From Candidatus Cloacimonadales bacterium (GTDB taxonomy: Bacteria > Cloacimonadota > Cloacimonadia > Cloacimonadales > JAIOQZ01), in NCBI GenBank assembly GCA_963662655.2, contig CAXXTU010000001.1, positions 72,083 through 136,082 of the forward strand: a DNA stretch of 64,000 bases, given 5' to 3'. The notes under the pieces are model-generated. The model saw nothing but the letters and a program-made list of their open reading frames with translations. It did not search any database and had not been told where the DNA came from. This document shows positions 10,288 through 20,326 of this stretch, in pieces (positions within the stretch are counted from its first letter, which is position 1; every line of letters starts with the position of its first letter). Position numbers and translations under genes: made by a program.

Positions 10288-10917
10288 ATGGAACGACATG
10301 ACGACTACTACGTAAGCACACATCGATTCGAGGCCCTCAACGACGGCGTTTTCGCCATTGCAATGACGCTGATGGTCATGGGGATCGAGGTGCCTGAGAA
10401 CACCAGCATCACAAACTCTGCGGATATGCTTAAAGCGCTTTCCGCGATGTGGCCGCAATTCTTTAACTACCTGCTGAGCTTCGCTATCATCATGTCGATG
10501 TGGATCAGCAACAATGGCATTCTGCGACACATCGAGAAGCTGAGCAAGCCTTACACACTCATTTCACTGGGCTCGCTGATGTTTATCTGCCTGCTTCCGT
10601 TCTCTTCGTCGCTCATGGGCGATTACTCCAACAATGTCGTCGCCGAGATGGTGTTCCACGTGAACCTGCTTGCGCTTGGCATCCTCAACATGATGCGATT
10701 CATGCATTTGAAGAAGCGCAAGGAAATCATGTACGAAGAATACCGTGGGCATATCAATCGGGATCGATTCCTCCACGAGACGGCGATCTACATTATCGTG
10801 CCTATCCTTGCGCTGATCGCCGCGCCCATCATCCCGGGCTACAGCACCATGTGCTATCTGCTGATGCCCGTGCTGGGATCGATACACCGGAGGAAGAAGA
10901 GTATTTCGGCTTCATGA
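10288..10917 (+). CDS. TMEM175 (DUF1211) family potassium channel
   Basis: 'RFEALNDGVFAIAMTLMV' signature and about six TM helices. Confidence 0.85.
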   Translation: MERHDDYYVSTHRFEALNDGVFAIAMTLMVMGIEVPENTSITNSADMLKALSAMWPQFFNYLLSFAIIMSMWISNNGILRHIEKLSKPYTLISLGSLMFICLLPFSSSLMGDYSNNVVAEMVFHVNLLALGILNMMRFMHLKKRKEIMYEEYRGHINRDRFLHETAIYIIVPILALIAAPIIPGYSTMCYLLMPVLGSIHRRKKSISAS

Positions 10918-11045
10918 GGTAAAAGCGCTGGTTGATTCTCTCCTGCTACGGTCGCGAGTTTTTGTTACCGTTGCTTTCTGCTTGACAATAACAATCCGCC
11001 ATAAACACATGTATGGAAAGAGAAAATCATTACTGGAGACAATCT

Positions 11046-12242
11046 ATGGAACAGTGGAATCAAATCCTTAGAAAGAGCGAGGAATACCGCGACGATATGG
11101 TGCGGTTCCTTAAAGATATTGTGTCGATCCCATCCTACAGCTGCCAGGAGAAGGACGTTGTCGAGCGGATCGTGGAAGAGATGAAAAAACTGGGCTTCGA
11201 CGAGGCGTACTCGGACTCTCTGGGCAACGCCGTCGGCAGGATGGGCAACGGCGAAACCGTTCTCCTCTACGACGCTCACATCGACGTCGTGGGAATCGGA
11301 GATCCGGATAGTTGGGACTACCCGCCCTTCCCCGCATTCGAGAAATACGGCAAGATCTATGGTCGCGGAAGCGTGGACGAGAAACCGGCCGCGGCGTGCA
11401 TGGTTTACGCTGCGCGCATCATGAAGGACCTCGGACTTCTGGACGGAATTACCCTCTACTGCGTGGGCTCCGTCATGGAAGAGGACTGCGACGGTCTGCC
11501 TCTCACCCACATTTTCGAGAACGAGGGGATCAAGCCGGACTTCGTCGTCCTGGGCGAACCCACCGACCTGCATGTCTATCGCGGGCACCGCGGCAGGATG
11601 GAGATCATCATCCGCACCAAGGGCAAATCGGCGCACGGCGCGCACGAGCACCTCGGGGACAACGCCGTTTACAAAATGGCTCCGATCATCGAGGGAATCA
11701 AAGCGCTCAACCATCGCCTGAAAGACGATCCATTCCTCGGAAAAGGCTCCGTCACTATCTCGCAGATAACTTCGACCAGCCCTTCGCTGTGCTCGGTGGC
11801 CGATAGTTGCGAGCTTTATCTCGACCGACGCATGACCGTAGGCGAAACGAAGGAATCGGTTATCGCCGAATTGAAGGAAATCACCGGCGACGATGCGGAG
11901 ATCATCATCCCGCAGTACGACGCGACAAGCTGGAAAGGCTACAAGGTCAACCAGGAGAAGGTTTACCCGACTTGGATACTTCCCGAAGAACACCTATTGG
12001 TGCAAGCCGCGAAGCGAGCTGCCGATCTGGCTGTCAAACCTGCCAAGCCGATTGGAAGATGGTCATTCTCCACCAACGGCGTCTCGAGCATGGGACATTT
12101 CGGGATCCCGTCGATCGGTTTCGCGCCCGGTAGAGAAGAGCTTTCGCATTCGACGGAGGAGCACGTGAAAATCAGCGACCTCGTCTTCGCAACACAGTTC
12201 TACGCTGCTTTCCCGCATTTCTTGAAAGAACAAATGAAGTAA
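11046..12242 (+). CDS. YgeY-like M20 family metallo-hydrolase/deacylase
   Basis: 'YDAHIDVV', 'GRGSVDEK', 'MEEDCDG', 'GEPT', 'YRGHRGR', 'FSTNGVS'. Start placed at ATG 11046 after GGAGA. Confidence 0.85.
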   Translation: MEQWNQILRKSEEYRDDMVRFLKDIVSIPSYSCQEKDVVERIVEEMKKLGFDEAYSDSLGNAVGRMGNGETVLLYDAHIDVVGIGDPDSWDYPPFPAFEKYGKIYGRGSVDEKPAAACMVYAARIMKDLGLLDGITLYCVGSVMEEDCDGLPLTHIFENEGIKPDFVVLGEPTDLHVYRGHRGRMEIIIRTKGKSAHGAHEHLGDNAVYKMAPIIEGIKALNHRLKDDPFLGKGSVTISQITSTSPSLCSVADSCELYLDRRMTVGETKESVIAELKEITGDDAEIIIPQYDATSWKGYKVNQEKVYPTWILPEEHLLVQAAKRAADLAVKPAKPIGRWSFSTNGVSSMGHFGIPSIGFAPGREELSHSTEEHVKISDLVFATQFYAAFPHFLKEQMK

Positions 12243-12260
12243 TAGATTTGGAGGATCATT

Positions 12261-13478
12261 ATGGCATTAGAAGGTAATGTAGTCGTCGCGCAAGGAGGCG
12301 GACCAACCGCCGTTATCAACCAATCGCTGGTTGGCGTGGTGCTGGAATCGCGTAAGTTTTTCCAGGTCAATCGCGTTTACGGCGCGGTGCATGGAGTACG
12401 TGGAATTATTGACGAGAATTTCGTCGATCTTACACAGGAAACCACCAACAATCTCGAGAAGATCGCCTGCACTCCGTCTTCAGCGCTACTTTCCACACGG
12501 GACAAACCGGACGAGGTCTACTGCCGCGAGATATTCAAGGTTCTCAAAGCCCACAACGCCCGTTACTTCTTCTATATCGGTGGAAACGATTCTTCCGACA
12601 CGGTTCGCATCGTGAATCACGAGGCAGAAAGAGCCGGCTATGATTTCCGCGCAATACATATCCCCAAGACAATCGACAACGATCTCGTTCTGAACGACCA
12701 CACCCCCGGATACGGCTCAGCGGCAAGATTTGTGGCATCCGCATTCATCGGAGCCAACCTCGACAACCGCGCCATCCCGGGCGTATATATTGGCGTAGTG
12801 ATGGGACGCCACGCCGGATTCCTTACCGCTGCCGCCGCTCTGGCGAAGAAGTATCCGGACGACGGTCCGCACCTCGTTTATCTTCCGGAGCGTCCATTCG
12901 ACGTGAACAAGTTCCTCGAAGACGTCAAGTGCTGCCACGAGCAGTACGGTCGTTGCGTTATCGCCGTTTCAGAGGGCATCAAGGACAACTCGGGGCAGGA
13001 AATCGTGACGCAGCTTGTCGATAACATCGAGCACGACGCGCACGGCAACGTACAGCTCTCGGGAACCGGTGTCCTGGGTGATCTTCTTGCCAAGTACATC
13101 CGGAAGCATCTGAAGATCAAGCGCGTTCGTTCGGATACTTTCGGCTACCTTCAGCGCTCCTTCATCGAGTGCGTATCCGATGTCGATCAGAACGAAGCAC
13201 GGGAAGTGGGCGAGAAAGCGGCACAGTACGCGATATGGCATGATCTGGACGGGTCCATCACCATCAAGCGTACCGGCTACTACTCTGTCGATTACCAGCT
13301 TGTGAAGCTGGAAGATGTCGCTGGGAAAACCCGCGTGATGCCCAAAGAATTCATCAACGCTGCGGCAAACAACGTAACCGACGATTTCCGCTACTATATC
13401 CGGCCGCTCCTCGGCTCGGGGTTCCGTCAACCCCATCGCCTCAGAGCGCCGCAAGTTGCGAAAATCCTGAATAAATAA
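12261..13478 (+). CDS. 6-phosphofructokinase, probably PPi-dependent
   Basis: 'QGGGPTAVIN', 'GGNDS' (Asp at the phosphoryl-donor position), 'PKTIDND', 'MGRHAG'. Confidence 0.9.
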   Translation: MALEGNVVVAQGGGPTAVINQSLVGVVLESRKFFQVNRVYGAVHGVRGIIDENFVDLTQETTNNLEKIACTPSSALLSTRDKPDEVYCREIFKVLKAHNARYFFYIGGNDSSDTVRIVNHEAERAGYDFRAIHIPKTIDNDLVLNDHTPGYGSAARFVASAFIGANLDNRAIPGVYIGVVMGRHAGFLTAAAALAKKYPDDGPHLVYLPERPFDVNKFLEDVKCCHEQYGRCVIAVSEGIKDNSGQEIVTQLVDNIEHDAHGNVQLSGTGVLGDLLAKYIRKHLKIKRVRSDTFGYLQRSFIECVSDVDQNEAREVGEKAAQYAIWHDLDGSITIKRTGYYSVDYQLVKLEDVAGKTRVMPKEFINAAANNVTDDFRYYIRPLLGSGFRQPHRLRAPQVAKILNK

Positions 13479-13493
13479 TCCGTTTGGAATCTT

Positions 13494-13526
13494 AACGCCA
13501 GCCGGTACGAATCGGCTGGCGTTTTT
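13494..13526 (+). terminator. Rho-independent terminator
   Basis: AACGCCAGCCG...CGGCTGGCGTT followed by a T-run, just after the PFK stop. Confidence 0.8.
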
Positions 13527-13665
13527 ATACAAATCGGTTAAGGAATAAAATGCGCAAATGGCGTATCAGGCTTTCGAAATATCCATTGACACGAGCGCGA
13601 TTGAAATGAGAATTTGTTAGTCTATTCTGAATCTTTCATAGATTCGGGTGATTGGAGCGTCGAAT

Positions 13666-14694
13666 ATGATATTGGACAGTATTTTCTTTCAATTCGCAAC
13701 GTTGATTTTTGCTTTCGCGATTCTTTTCAAGAGCGCGGATCTGTTTGTGGATAGCGCTGTTGGCATTTCCAACGATTTCGGTATCCCGCGCATTGTCGTG
13801 GGTATCATCATTGTCGGGTTTGCGACAACTGCGCCGGAAATTACTGTGTCAATCATCTCTGCTGCCAAGGGCAAGAGCGAATTCGCCCTGGGGAACGCCT
13901 TGGGCTCTGTCATTGTTGACGACGGGATCGCGCTGGGCCTTGCCGCCATCCTTGCACCGGCGGCAATCATGGTGGATAAACGCACGTTAAAGACGACAGG
14001 CATTTTCCTGCTCGCAGTCATCCTATTGGGATATCTTCTTGGATTCAACGGAGTTTTCGGCAGACTGGAAGGCTCGCTTTTCGTCCTGATCCTGCTTGGC
14101 TATTGGGGATCGATGGTATGGGCGGAGCGGAAGAGAAAGGCGAAGGGATTCGATATCTCCCAGGATTTCCCTGAAATCTCTGGACACGACAAAAAGCCTC
14201 TTTCGAAGCATATCATTCAATTGTTGATCGGTCTTGCAGGAGTCATCGCCGCAAGCCATCTGGTTGTGTGGTCGGCGGAGAAGATTGCAATATTCTACCA
14301 TGTGCCGGAGGTCATCATCGGCTTGACGATCATCGCGATCGGGACGTCGCTTCCCGAGATAAGCACCGCGATCATCGCCGCGCGGAAAGGCGAAGGCGAG
14401 TTATCGGTCGGCAACATTCTTGGGGCCGACATCCTGAACATCCTTTGGATCATCGGTATGTCCTCCATCGTCAATCCCATCGACGTCCGTCACGACAAAG
14501 TCCACCTATCGATCTTCGGATTCGACTTCGGTATCGTTGGCTCCATTCATTTCTCGTTCGTTTGGGTGATGATCATCGTCGTAACGATGCTTACCATGAT
14601 GAGGACCGGATACAAGCTGAAGAAATCGGAGGGGATCATCCTTATCGCGATGTACGCAGTTTACCTCTTGATGAACTACTCCATTTTCAACTAA
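13666..14694 (+). CDS. Calcium/sodium antiporter (YrbG/CaCA family)
   Basis: Alpha repeats 'ATTAPE...GNALGS' and 'GTSLPE...GNILGADILN'; about ten TM helices. Confidence 0.9.
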   Translation: MILDSIFFQFATLIFAFAILFKSADLFVDSAVGISNDFGIPRIVVGIIIVGFATTAPEITVSIISAAKGKSEFALGNALGSVIVDDGIALGLAAILAPAAIMVDKRTLKTTGIFLLAVILLGYLLGFNGVFGRLEGSLFVLILLGYWGSMVWAERKRKAKGFDISQDFPEISGHDKKPLSKHIIQLLIGLAGVIAASHLVVWSAEKIAIFYHVPEVIIGLTIIAIGTSLPEISTAIIAARKGEGELSVGNILGADILNILWIIGMSSIVNPIDVRHDKVHLSIFGFDFGIVGSIHFSFVWVMIIVVTMLTMMRTGYKLKKSEGIILIAMYAVYLLMNYSIFN

Positions 14695-14704
14695 ACCCTT
14701 TGCC

Positions 14705-15319
14705 ATGAGCGGATTCATCGATTTCTTGAAAAGACACGGCAACGACATCGATGGAGAAGTCGTTTCCGATATCACCTGCCGGGAAGAATCGATCAATCGG
14801 GCCAGTTTTATCGACTGCACTTTCAAGAACTGCGATTTTACCGAGACGAAGTTCATAGGCTGCCGTTTCATCGATTGTTCGTTCGAGCGATGCGAGCTCA
14901 GCATGGTAAGTCTGGGGGGATGTTCTTTTCGCGATACGCGTTTCGAAGATTCCAGGCTGGAGGGAATCGACTGGACGCGCGTTGACTGGGGCAAGATGTC
15001 GTTTAGCGCGCCGGTGTCTTTCAAGAGGTGCTCGCTGAGCCACTCAACGTTTATCGGCCTCTCGCTGCAAGAGCTTCAACTCGAGGACTGCCGGTCACAC
15101 AACGTCGATTTCCGTCAGGCGAACATGGAGAGTGCCTCGTTCAAAGGCACCGATTTCACGGACTGCCTTTTCCAGAACACGAACCTCGCCAGGTGCAATT
15201 TTATGCAAGCACAACATTACCAGATCAATCCGGCGAGCAACAACGTAACGAAAGCGAAGTTCAGCATGCCAGAAGCTATGGAACTTCTGTATTCGCTGGA
15301 TATCGCCATCGAAGACTGA
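14705..15319 (+). CDS. Pentapeptide repeat protein
   Basis: Repeating pentapeptides 'ASFIDCTFKNCDFTETKFIGCRFIDCSF'; C-terminal 'KAKFSMPEAMELL'. Confidence 0.9.
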   Translation: MSGFIDFLKRHGNDIDGEVVSDITCREESINRASFIDCTFKNCDFTETKFIGCRFIDCSFERCELSMVSLGGCSFRDTRFEDSRLEGIDWTRVDWGKMSFSAPVSFKRCSLSHSTFIGLSLQELQLEDCRSHNVDFRQANMESASFKGTDFTDCLFQNTNLARCNFMQAQHYQINPASNNVTKAKFSMPEAMELLYSLDIAIED

Positions 15320-15357
15320 TCCAATGCAGCTCGATCGTCGTTTCATGAGCACCATCC

Positions 15358-15472
15358 GCGCGGAGGCGGCGCAGAATCCCCGAAGGGGCTTCTGCATTCC
15401 ATTGCAATGTTTTCTTGCAAAAAACATTGCAATGGAATGTTAGTGCGCGGAGCGCACGCGCCGCCCCCGCGC
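15358..15472 (+). repeat. Family A four-way-junction palindromic element, copy A1
   Basis: Outer stem GCGCGGAGGCGGCGC/GCGCCGCCCCCGCGC encloses CCCC-GAA-GGGG, a 19-bp perfect stem and GTGCGC-GGA-GCGCAC. 30 nt (15438-15467) are identical to the reverse complement of 61508-61537. Confidence 0.8.
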
Positions 15473-15592
15473 AAGCGTGTCGAGCAAAACCCAGAGGGGC
15501 CTTCCCCTGAAAATTCGATTATCCCAACAATAAACTTTACAAATCAGGATATTCCAGCAACATGATCGTAAGATGAATTTTACGAGGATACG

Positions 15593-18500
15593 ATGAGAAA
15601 TTTACGGGGAATTATACCCGACTACATTCATAAGCTTCTGGGGCATTACAGCGACATCGAAGAAGTCCAACTTCCGTTGATCCACCGCGAAGACATGGCC
15701 GCGCTCTTTACGGATATCAAGGCCTTTACGCGACTCACGGAGCAGGTCAGCCAGGAAGGCCATTATGGCGTTGAGACAATCACTGCAATCCTGAAGAGCT
15801 ATTTCGAGGTGATGGAGAATTGCATCCGCACGCACGGAGGTTCCCTCGTTAAATTCGGGGGAGATTCCCTCCTTTCGGTTTTTCCCGGAGGAGAGTCCGA
15901 AGCGATACGCTGCGCGGTTTGTTGCAGCAATTCCATGCAGCATGAGCTAAAGGAATTGAACATCGATTTCCTGCGTCAGTACGGCGTCCAGATACAAATC
16001 CACGGTGGAATATCCTGGGGTAATGTAGCACTGCGTATCGTTGGGGATTTGCAATATCACCTCGATTACTATTTCTACGGCGAAGCGCTACAGCAGGCTT
16101 ACGAAGTCGGCGAAACCTCCGGCGCTGGAGAAATCAAGCTGCATGATTCCCATAAAAAACCCATATCAAACCATCACGAATGCACTCCGTTGACCGTAGC
16201 CGATAGTGGATTCTCATCCCACTTCATCGGAGGGATGGTCAAGTCCCGGATATCGGCGATGGAGTTTTCCGCAGAGCTGCGCAACGCGGCAGTCATGTTC
16301 ATCGGCATCAGTTCCGAATCGACGGAAGAAACGATTTCCTGCGAGGTATATCATTCATTCTACAAGCTTGTTCAACAGCAAGTGTATGCAATGGAAGGGA
16401 CCATTAATAAAATCGACTACAACGACAAAGGCTTCATCCTGATCATCACCTTCGGGGTCCCCAATATTCACTACGACGACACGGAACGAGCCTTCATCTG
16501 TGCGTGGAAACTCCAGCAAATCAGAGACATCAATCTCGATATCCGCATTGGAATCACCTACAGCAATATCTTCGCCGGAACACTCGGCTCGGAAAGGCGA
16601 TGGGAGTACGGCATCATCGGGAACGCAGTCAACATCTCAGCTCGCCTGATGTCCACCGCCCGAAATGGAGAAATCGCGTTCTCTTCAGAGATTCTCCCGA
16701 AAATCAGCTCGCATTTCGAATCAAAATTCCTCAACAGAGTTCGGGTCAAAGGTATCAAAGACGAAATTGATATTTACACTCCCGTCAGAGAACTCCCCGA
16801 AAGCTGGACCGCCTTCAAGCAGCAATATGACAGGCAGGATTTCGCTGGAATTCACCGGTTCGACAACGAAATAAATGAATTCACGAACAGCGGTCAAGGC
16901 AGCATTGTTTACATCTCCGGACACGCAGGCACAGGTAAATCATTCCTGACCTACGAACTTCTGAAACGCGGAATTACGGAGGACAGAAACTTTGATTTGT
17001 ACGTTATGGACGAGTTCAGTCGCAACACACCCCTTGAATTTATCCGTAAAGCGCTCAACCGAAAGCTTAACATCGAACAACTACCTCAGGATTTGCCCAA
17101 GCTGCTTTCCTGGTGTGAAGCGCACAAGATTTTCGCCAGCGATTCATTACTGGAACGCTACTTTTCGACGACCGCTAGCAAGGATTCTGAGGCAATCCCG
17201 GAGGAATCGATTGCCATCGTCGAGCAAACGCTCGCGTCCATCCTGCTCATGCTGTGGAAGGACGTGGATATCCTGGCGCTGGACAACTACCAGTGGCTCG
17301 ACAGGCAGTCCCGCAAAATCGTCGAGCGAACGATCCCTCTTCTCGAACGAGAAAACTCAGATGTTATAATCACCTCTCGTGAAACAGATTCTCCCGAACG
17401 GTTCGAGCATTTGAATCTTCGCCGCATCACCCTGGAAAATCTTGAGGTCGAAGACGCCACCGCCTTGATTCGCAGTAAAATACCAAACATCACCGGAGAT
17501 GCAGCCAGGAACCTGGTTAAAATAACCGACGGCAATCCCATGTTCATCTATGAGATGTGCCGATTGATACAGGCCAACTTCGATTGCCACGACAACATCC
17601 TCAACGAAGCCAATATCAGCATCATGCTGCGTCAGGGGATTATCCCTCAGACGCTGGAAAACCTGTTTGTCCGCCAATATGAGAACCTCGAAGATGCGTC
17701 CCGGCAACTTCTGAAAGTTGCTTCAATCGTTGGACGCGCCTTTTCCATCGACGCACTTTCCGTTATCGGCAAGGCCGAGTTTTCTCAGAGGGTTCTCGAA
17801 ATCCTGCAAATGCTCAATGCCATAGAGATCATCAACGAGAAGAACATCAATCCGGAGATCGAGTATATCTTCAGCAACAACCTGATGCGTGAAGCGATCT
17901 ACCGCACCATCCTCAAAGGTGAAAAGCGAGACTTGCATAACCGCATCGCGCATTACTACGAGGAGAGGCACAGGGGAAACCTCCATCCGTGGATCGAGCT
18001 CATCGCCAATCACTTCATCCTGGCCGATAATCCCGAAAAATCCTGCCACTACGCCCTGCTGGCCGCCAGAAAGAACTTCCGTCTGTTCGCACTCGCCGAA
18101 AGCGCGTACTTTTTCCGGATTGCGGAGAAGCATTGCTCCGATGCTGCGCAGAAAATCGAAATCGATTTACACATTATCGAAATACTGCTTCTTCAGGGCG
18201 ATACAAGTGAAGCCAAGCGTTGCCTGGAAGCAACACAACTGACCGATCTTTCGGGTCCGACCCTCGATTATTATCACTATCTCCTTGCGAGATTGTACGA
18301 TAAAACATCCCGCTATCACGAACAGATTCAGTTTGTCGAGTCGGTTATCGATTCCATGACAGACCGGGAGCGATACCATCAGGTTAAAATCCTCTATCTG
18401 AACGCCCTCAGGGGAACCGGCAAGGGATTTGAAGAGCAGGCATTGAGCTTCCTCGAAGAGGTGAAGAATACCGATAACGACCGGATCATCGCGCAAATGG

Positions 18501-19390
18501 CATCGATCCTGGGGCAATACTACCTGGATCAATCCCGCTACGAGAATGCGCGGAAATTCTTCGAGCAACGCTACGAAATCGCACTCAAGCTGAAAGACCA
18601 GGTACAGACACGCCTTGCACTAACCGGGCTGGGAGCGCTCGCGTTCTATCTCGGGAAAACCGATGAGGCGGAGCGCTATCATCTTCAAGCGCTCGAAACA
18701 GCAGAGAAATTGGGCGATAAGGATGGCTACGGCAAGGTGCTGATGGATCTAGCCTCCCTGGCGCGCCGACGCGGGAACAACCAGAAAGCGCTCGAAACCT
18801 ATCGAAAATCTCTCAAGCTCGCGCGGCTCTCCGCGAATCGCAAACAGGAATGTACGGTGCTGTATAATATCGGCGAAGTGCACTATTTTATGGAGGCGTT
18901 CGAGAAAGCTCTCGAATACCTCTACCCCGCCCTGGAAATCGCCAGGGAAATTAGCGACCAGGTCATGATAACCTATTGCCAGGACGCCATCGGCGACATG
19001 ACATTCCAGCTCGGGAACATCGCCGAGGCCAAGAAGATGTACACGAACAACCTGCAATTTCAGGAAAGACTGAACGATCTGGAAGGAATAGCTCATACTT
19101 ACGGAAATCTAGGTAACGTCGCCAAGATGGAAAAGAATTATAAACTGGCGATCGAATACTACGGGAAACAGCAAAGTATGCTGGCGGAGATCGGCGACAA
19201 GGACGGCGAGGGCCGGGCATGGTTCAATTGGGCAATGATCCACGTTGAAAAAAACGAGCAGGATCGGGCAATCGAAAAACTCGAGAAGGCCCATGACCTG
19301 TTCGCGGAAATCGGGGCAAAGCAGCTCGTCGACTTCACGCAGCAACAAATCGATAACTTGAGGACTCCCGCATCCGATGGATCCGAGTGA
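15593..19390 (+). CDS. Dual class III nucleotide cyclase + P-loop ATPase + TPR protein (soluble adenylyl cyclase-like STAND)
   Basis: C1 'FTDIKAFT...KFGGDS'; C2 'GNAVNISARLM'; Walker A 'GHAGTGKS'; Walker B 'LALDNYQWLD'; 'GNPMFI'; C-terminal TPRs. Confidence 0.9.
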   Translation: MRNLRGIIPDYIHKLLGHYSDIEEVQLPLIHREDMAALFTDIKAFTRLTEQVSQEGHYGVETITAILKSYFEVMENCIRTHGGSLVKFGGDSLLSVFPGGESEAIRCAVCCSNSMQHELKELNIDFLRQYGVQIQIHGGISWGNVALRIVGDLQYHLDYYFYGEALQQAYEVGETSGAGEIKLHDSHKKPISNHHECTPLTVADSGFSSHFIGGMVKSRISAMEFSAELRNAAVMFIGISSESTEETISCEVYHSFYKLVQQQVYAMEGTINKIDYNDKGFILIITFGVPNIHYDDTERAFICAWKLQQIRDINLDIRIGITYSNIFAGTLGSERRWEYGIIGNAVNISARLMSTARNGEIAFSSEILPKISSHFESKFLNRVRVKGIKDEIDIYTPVRELPESWTAFKQQYDRQDFAGIHRFDNEINEFTNSGQGSIVYISGHAGTGKSFLTYELLKRGITEDRNFDLYVMDEFSRNTPLEFIRKALNRKLNIEQLPQDLPKLLSWCEAHKIFASDSLLERYFSTTASKDSEAIPEESIAIVEQTLASILLMLWKDVDILALDNYQWLDRQSRKIVERTIPLLERENSDVIITSRETDSPERFEHLNLRRITLENLEVEDATALIRSKIPNITGDAARNLVKITDGNPMFIYEMCRLIQANFDCHDNILNEANISIMLRQGIIPQTLENLFVRQYENLEDASRQLLKVASIVGRAFSIDALSVIGKAEFSQRVLEILQMLNAIEIINEKNINPEIEYIFSNNLMREAIYRTILKGEKRDLHNRIAHYYEERHRGNLHPWIELIANHFILADNPEKSCHYALLAARKNFRLFALAESAYFFRIAEKHCSDAAQKIEIDLHIIEILLLQGDTSEAKRCLEATQLTDLSGPTLDYYHYLLARLYDKTSRYHEQIQFVESVIDSMTDRERYHQVKILYLNALRGTGKGFEEQALSFLEEVKNTDNDRIIAQMASILGQYYLDQSRYENARKFFEQRYEIALKLKDQVQTRLALTGLGALAFYLGKTDEAERYHLQALETAEKLGDKDGYGKVLMDLASLARRRGNNQKALETYRKSLKLARLSANRKQECTVLYNIGEVHYFMEAFEKALEYLYPALEIAREISDQVMITYCQDAIGDMTFQLGNIAEAKKMYTNNLQFQERLNDLEGIAHTYGNLGNVAKMEKNYKLAIEYYGKQQSMLAEIGDKDGEGRAWFNWAMIHVEKNEQDRAIEKLEKAHDLFAEIGAKQLVDFTQQQIDNLRTPASDGSE

Positions 19391-20276
19391 TTTCGTAAAT
19401 ACCTATTCGAGATACATGCGCGAGAAATACAGCAGGCGAATGCAGCGCGTGCCGCTCGCCACCGGAATCGCATGTCCGCATCGCATATCGACGGGCGGAT
19501 GTGTTTTCTGCCGTCCCGATACCTACACGGACGCAGTTTCAACCGAGGACATCGTTACTCAATTCAACACAATCACAACCAGGATGCGCAAAACTTTCCC
19601 CGATTGCGGCTGGATTCCCTATTTCAACGCGGAGACATCCACTTACGGCGAGATTGATCACTTGAAACAACTTTTCCAGAAAGCGTTACATCAACAGGAT
19701 GTATTCGAGCTTGCACTTTCCACGCGTCCGGACGCAGTTACGGACGAAATCGCAGCCATGCTCGAAACGCTGGGACTGCCGGTAACCGTGGAAATCGGTA
19801 TGCAATCCATCCACGAGCGGAGTCTGAAGTTCCTGAAACGGGGGCACACGTTTCAGGAATGCGTAACCGCGCTGGAGACGTTGCGAAGACATCACATCAG
19901 GACTGGCGTTCACATCATTATCGGCATCCCGGGAGAATCTACCGAGAGTATACTCGAAACCATCCGCTGGATTTCGGATTGCAGGATCGTCGACGAGGTT
20001 AAGTTTCATCAGTTGGTTGTGTACCGCGATACAGCGCTGGAACAGATTCTGCGTGAAGGCAGGTTTATCCCGTTGACAATGAACGACTACCTCGCCATTT
20101 TGACTGTACTGATACCGGAGCTCGATGAGCGCATCGTGGTAAGCAGATTGTTCACCTCGAATGTGCGCCGAACCGGCGTGGCAACCGCACCGGAGACCGG
20201 CTTGAAGCGTACGGCCATGAATCGGCTGGCGAAGCTGCTTTCCGACGGAAGCATCCGCCAGGGCATGAACCGGTGA
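19377..20276 (+). CDS. YhcC/TIGR01212-like radical SAM protein
   Basis: 'CPHRISTGGCVFC', 'LSTRPD', 'EIGMQS', 'RGH', 'HIIIGIPGE', 'VKFHQL'. Confidence 0.85.
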   Translation: MDPSDFVNTYSRYMREKYSRRMQRVPLATGIACPHRISTGGCVFCRPDTYTDAVSTEDIVTQFNTITTRMRKTFPDCGWIPYFNAETSTYGEIDHLKQLFQKALHQQDVFELALSTRPDAVTDEIAAMLETLGLPVTVEIGMQSIHERSLKFLKRGHTFQECVTALETLRRHHIRTGVHIIIGIPGESTESILETIRWISDCRIVDEVKFHQLVVYRDTALEQILREGRFIPLTMNDYLAILTVLIPELDERIVVSRLFTSNVRRTGVATAPETGLKRTAMNRLAKLLSDGSIRQGMNR

Positions 20277-20326
20277 TCGGTGGAGTGGAGAAAAGGCTGC
20301 CCCGAGATGGCGGTGTTTCTCCTGAC

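Noticed and set aside
15358..15472. tRNA gene (cloverleaf shape of Family A)
   Set aside because: Stem lengths, triloops and the absence of T-loop, D-loop and anticodon-loop consensus are incompatible with tRNA.
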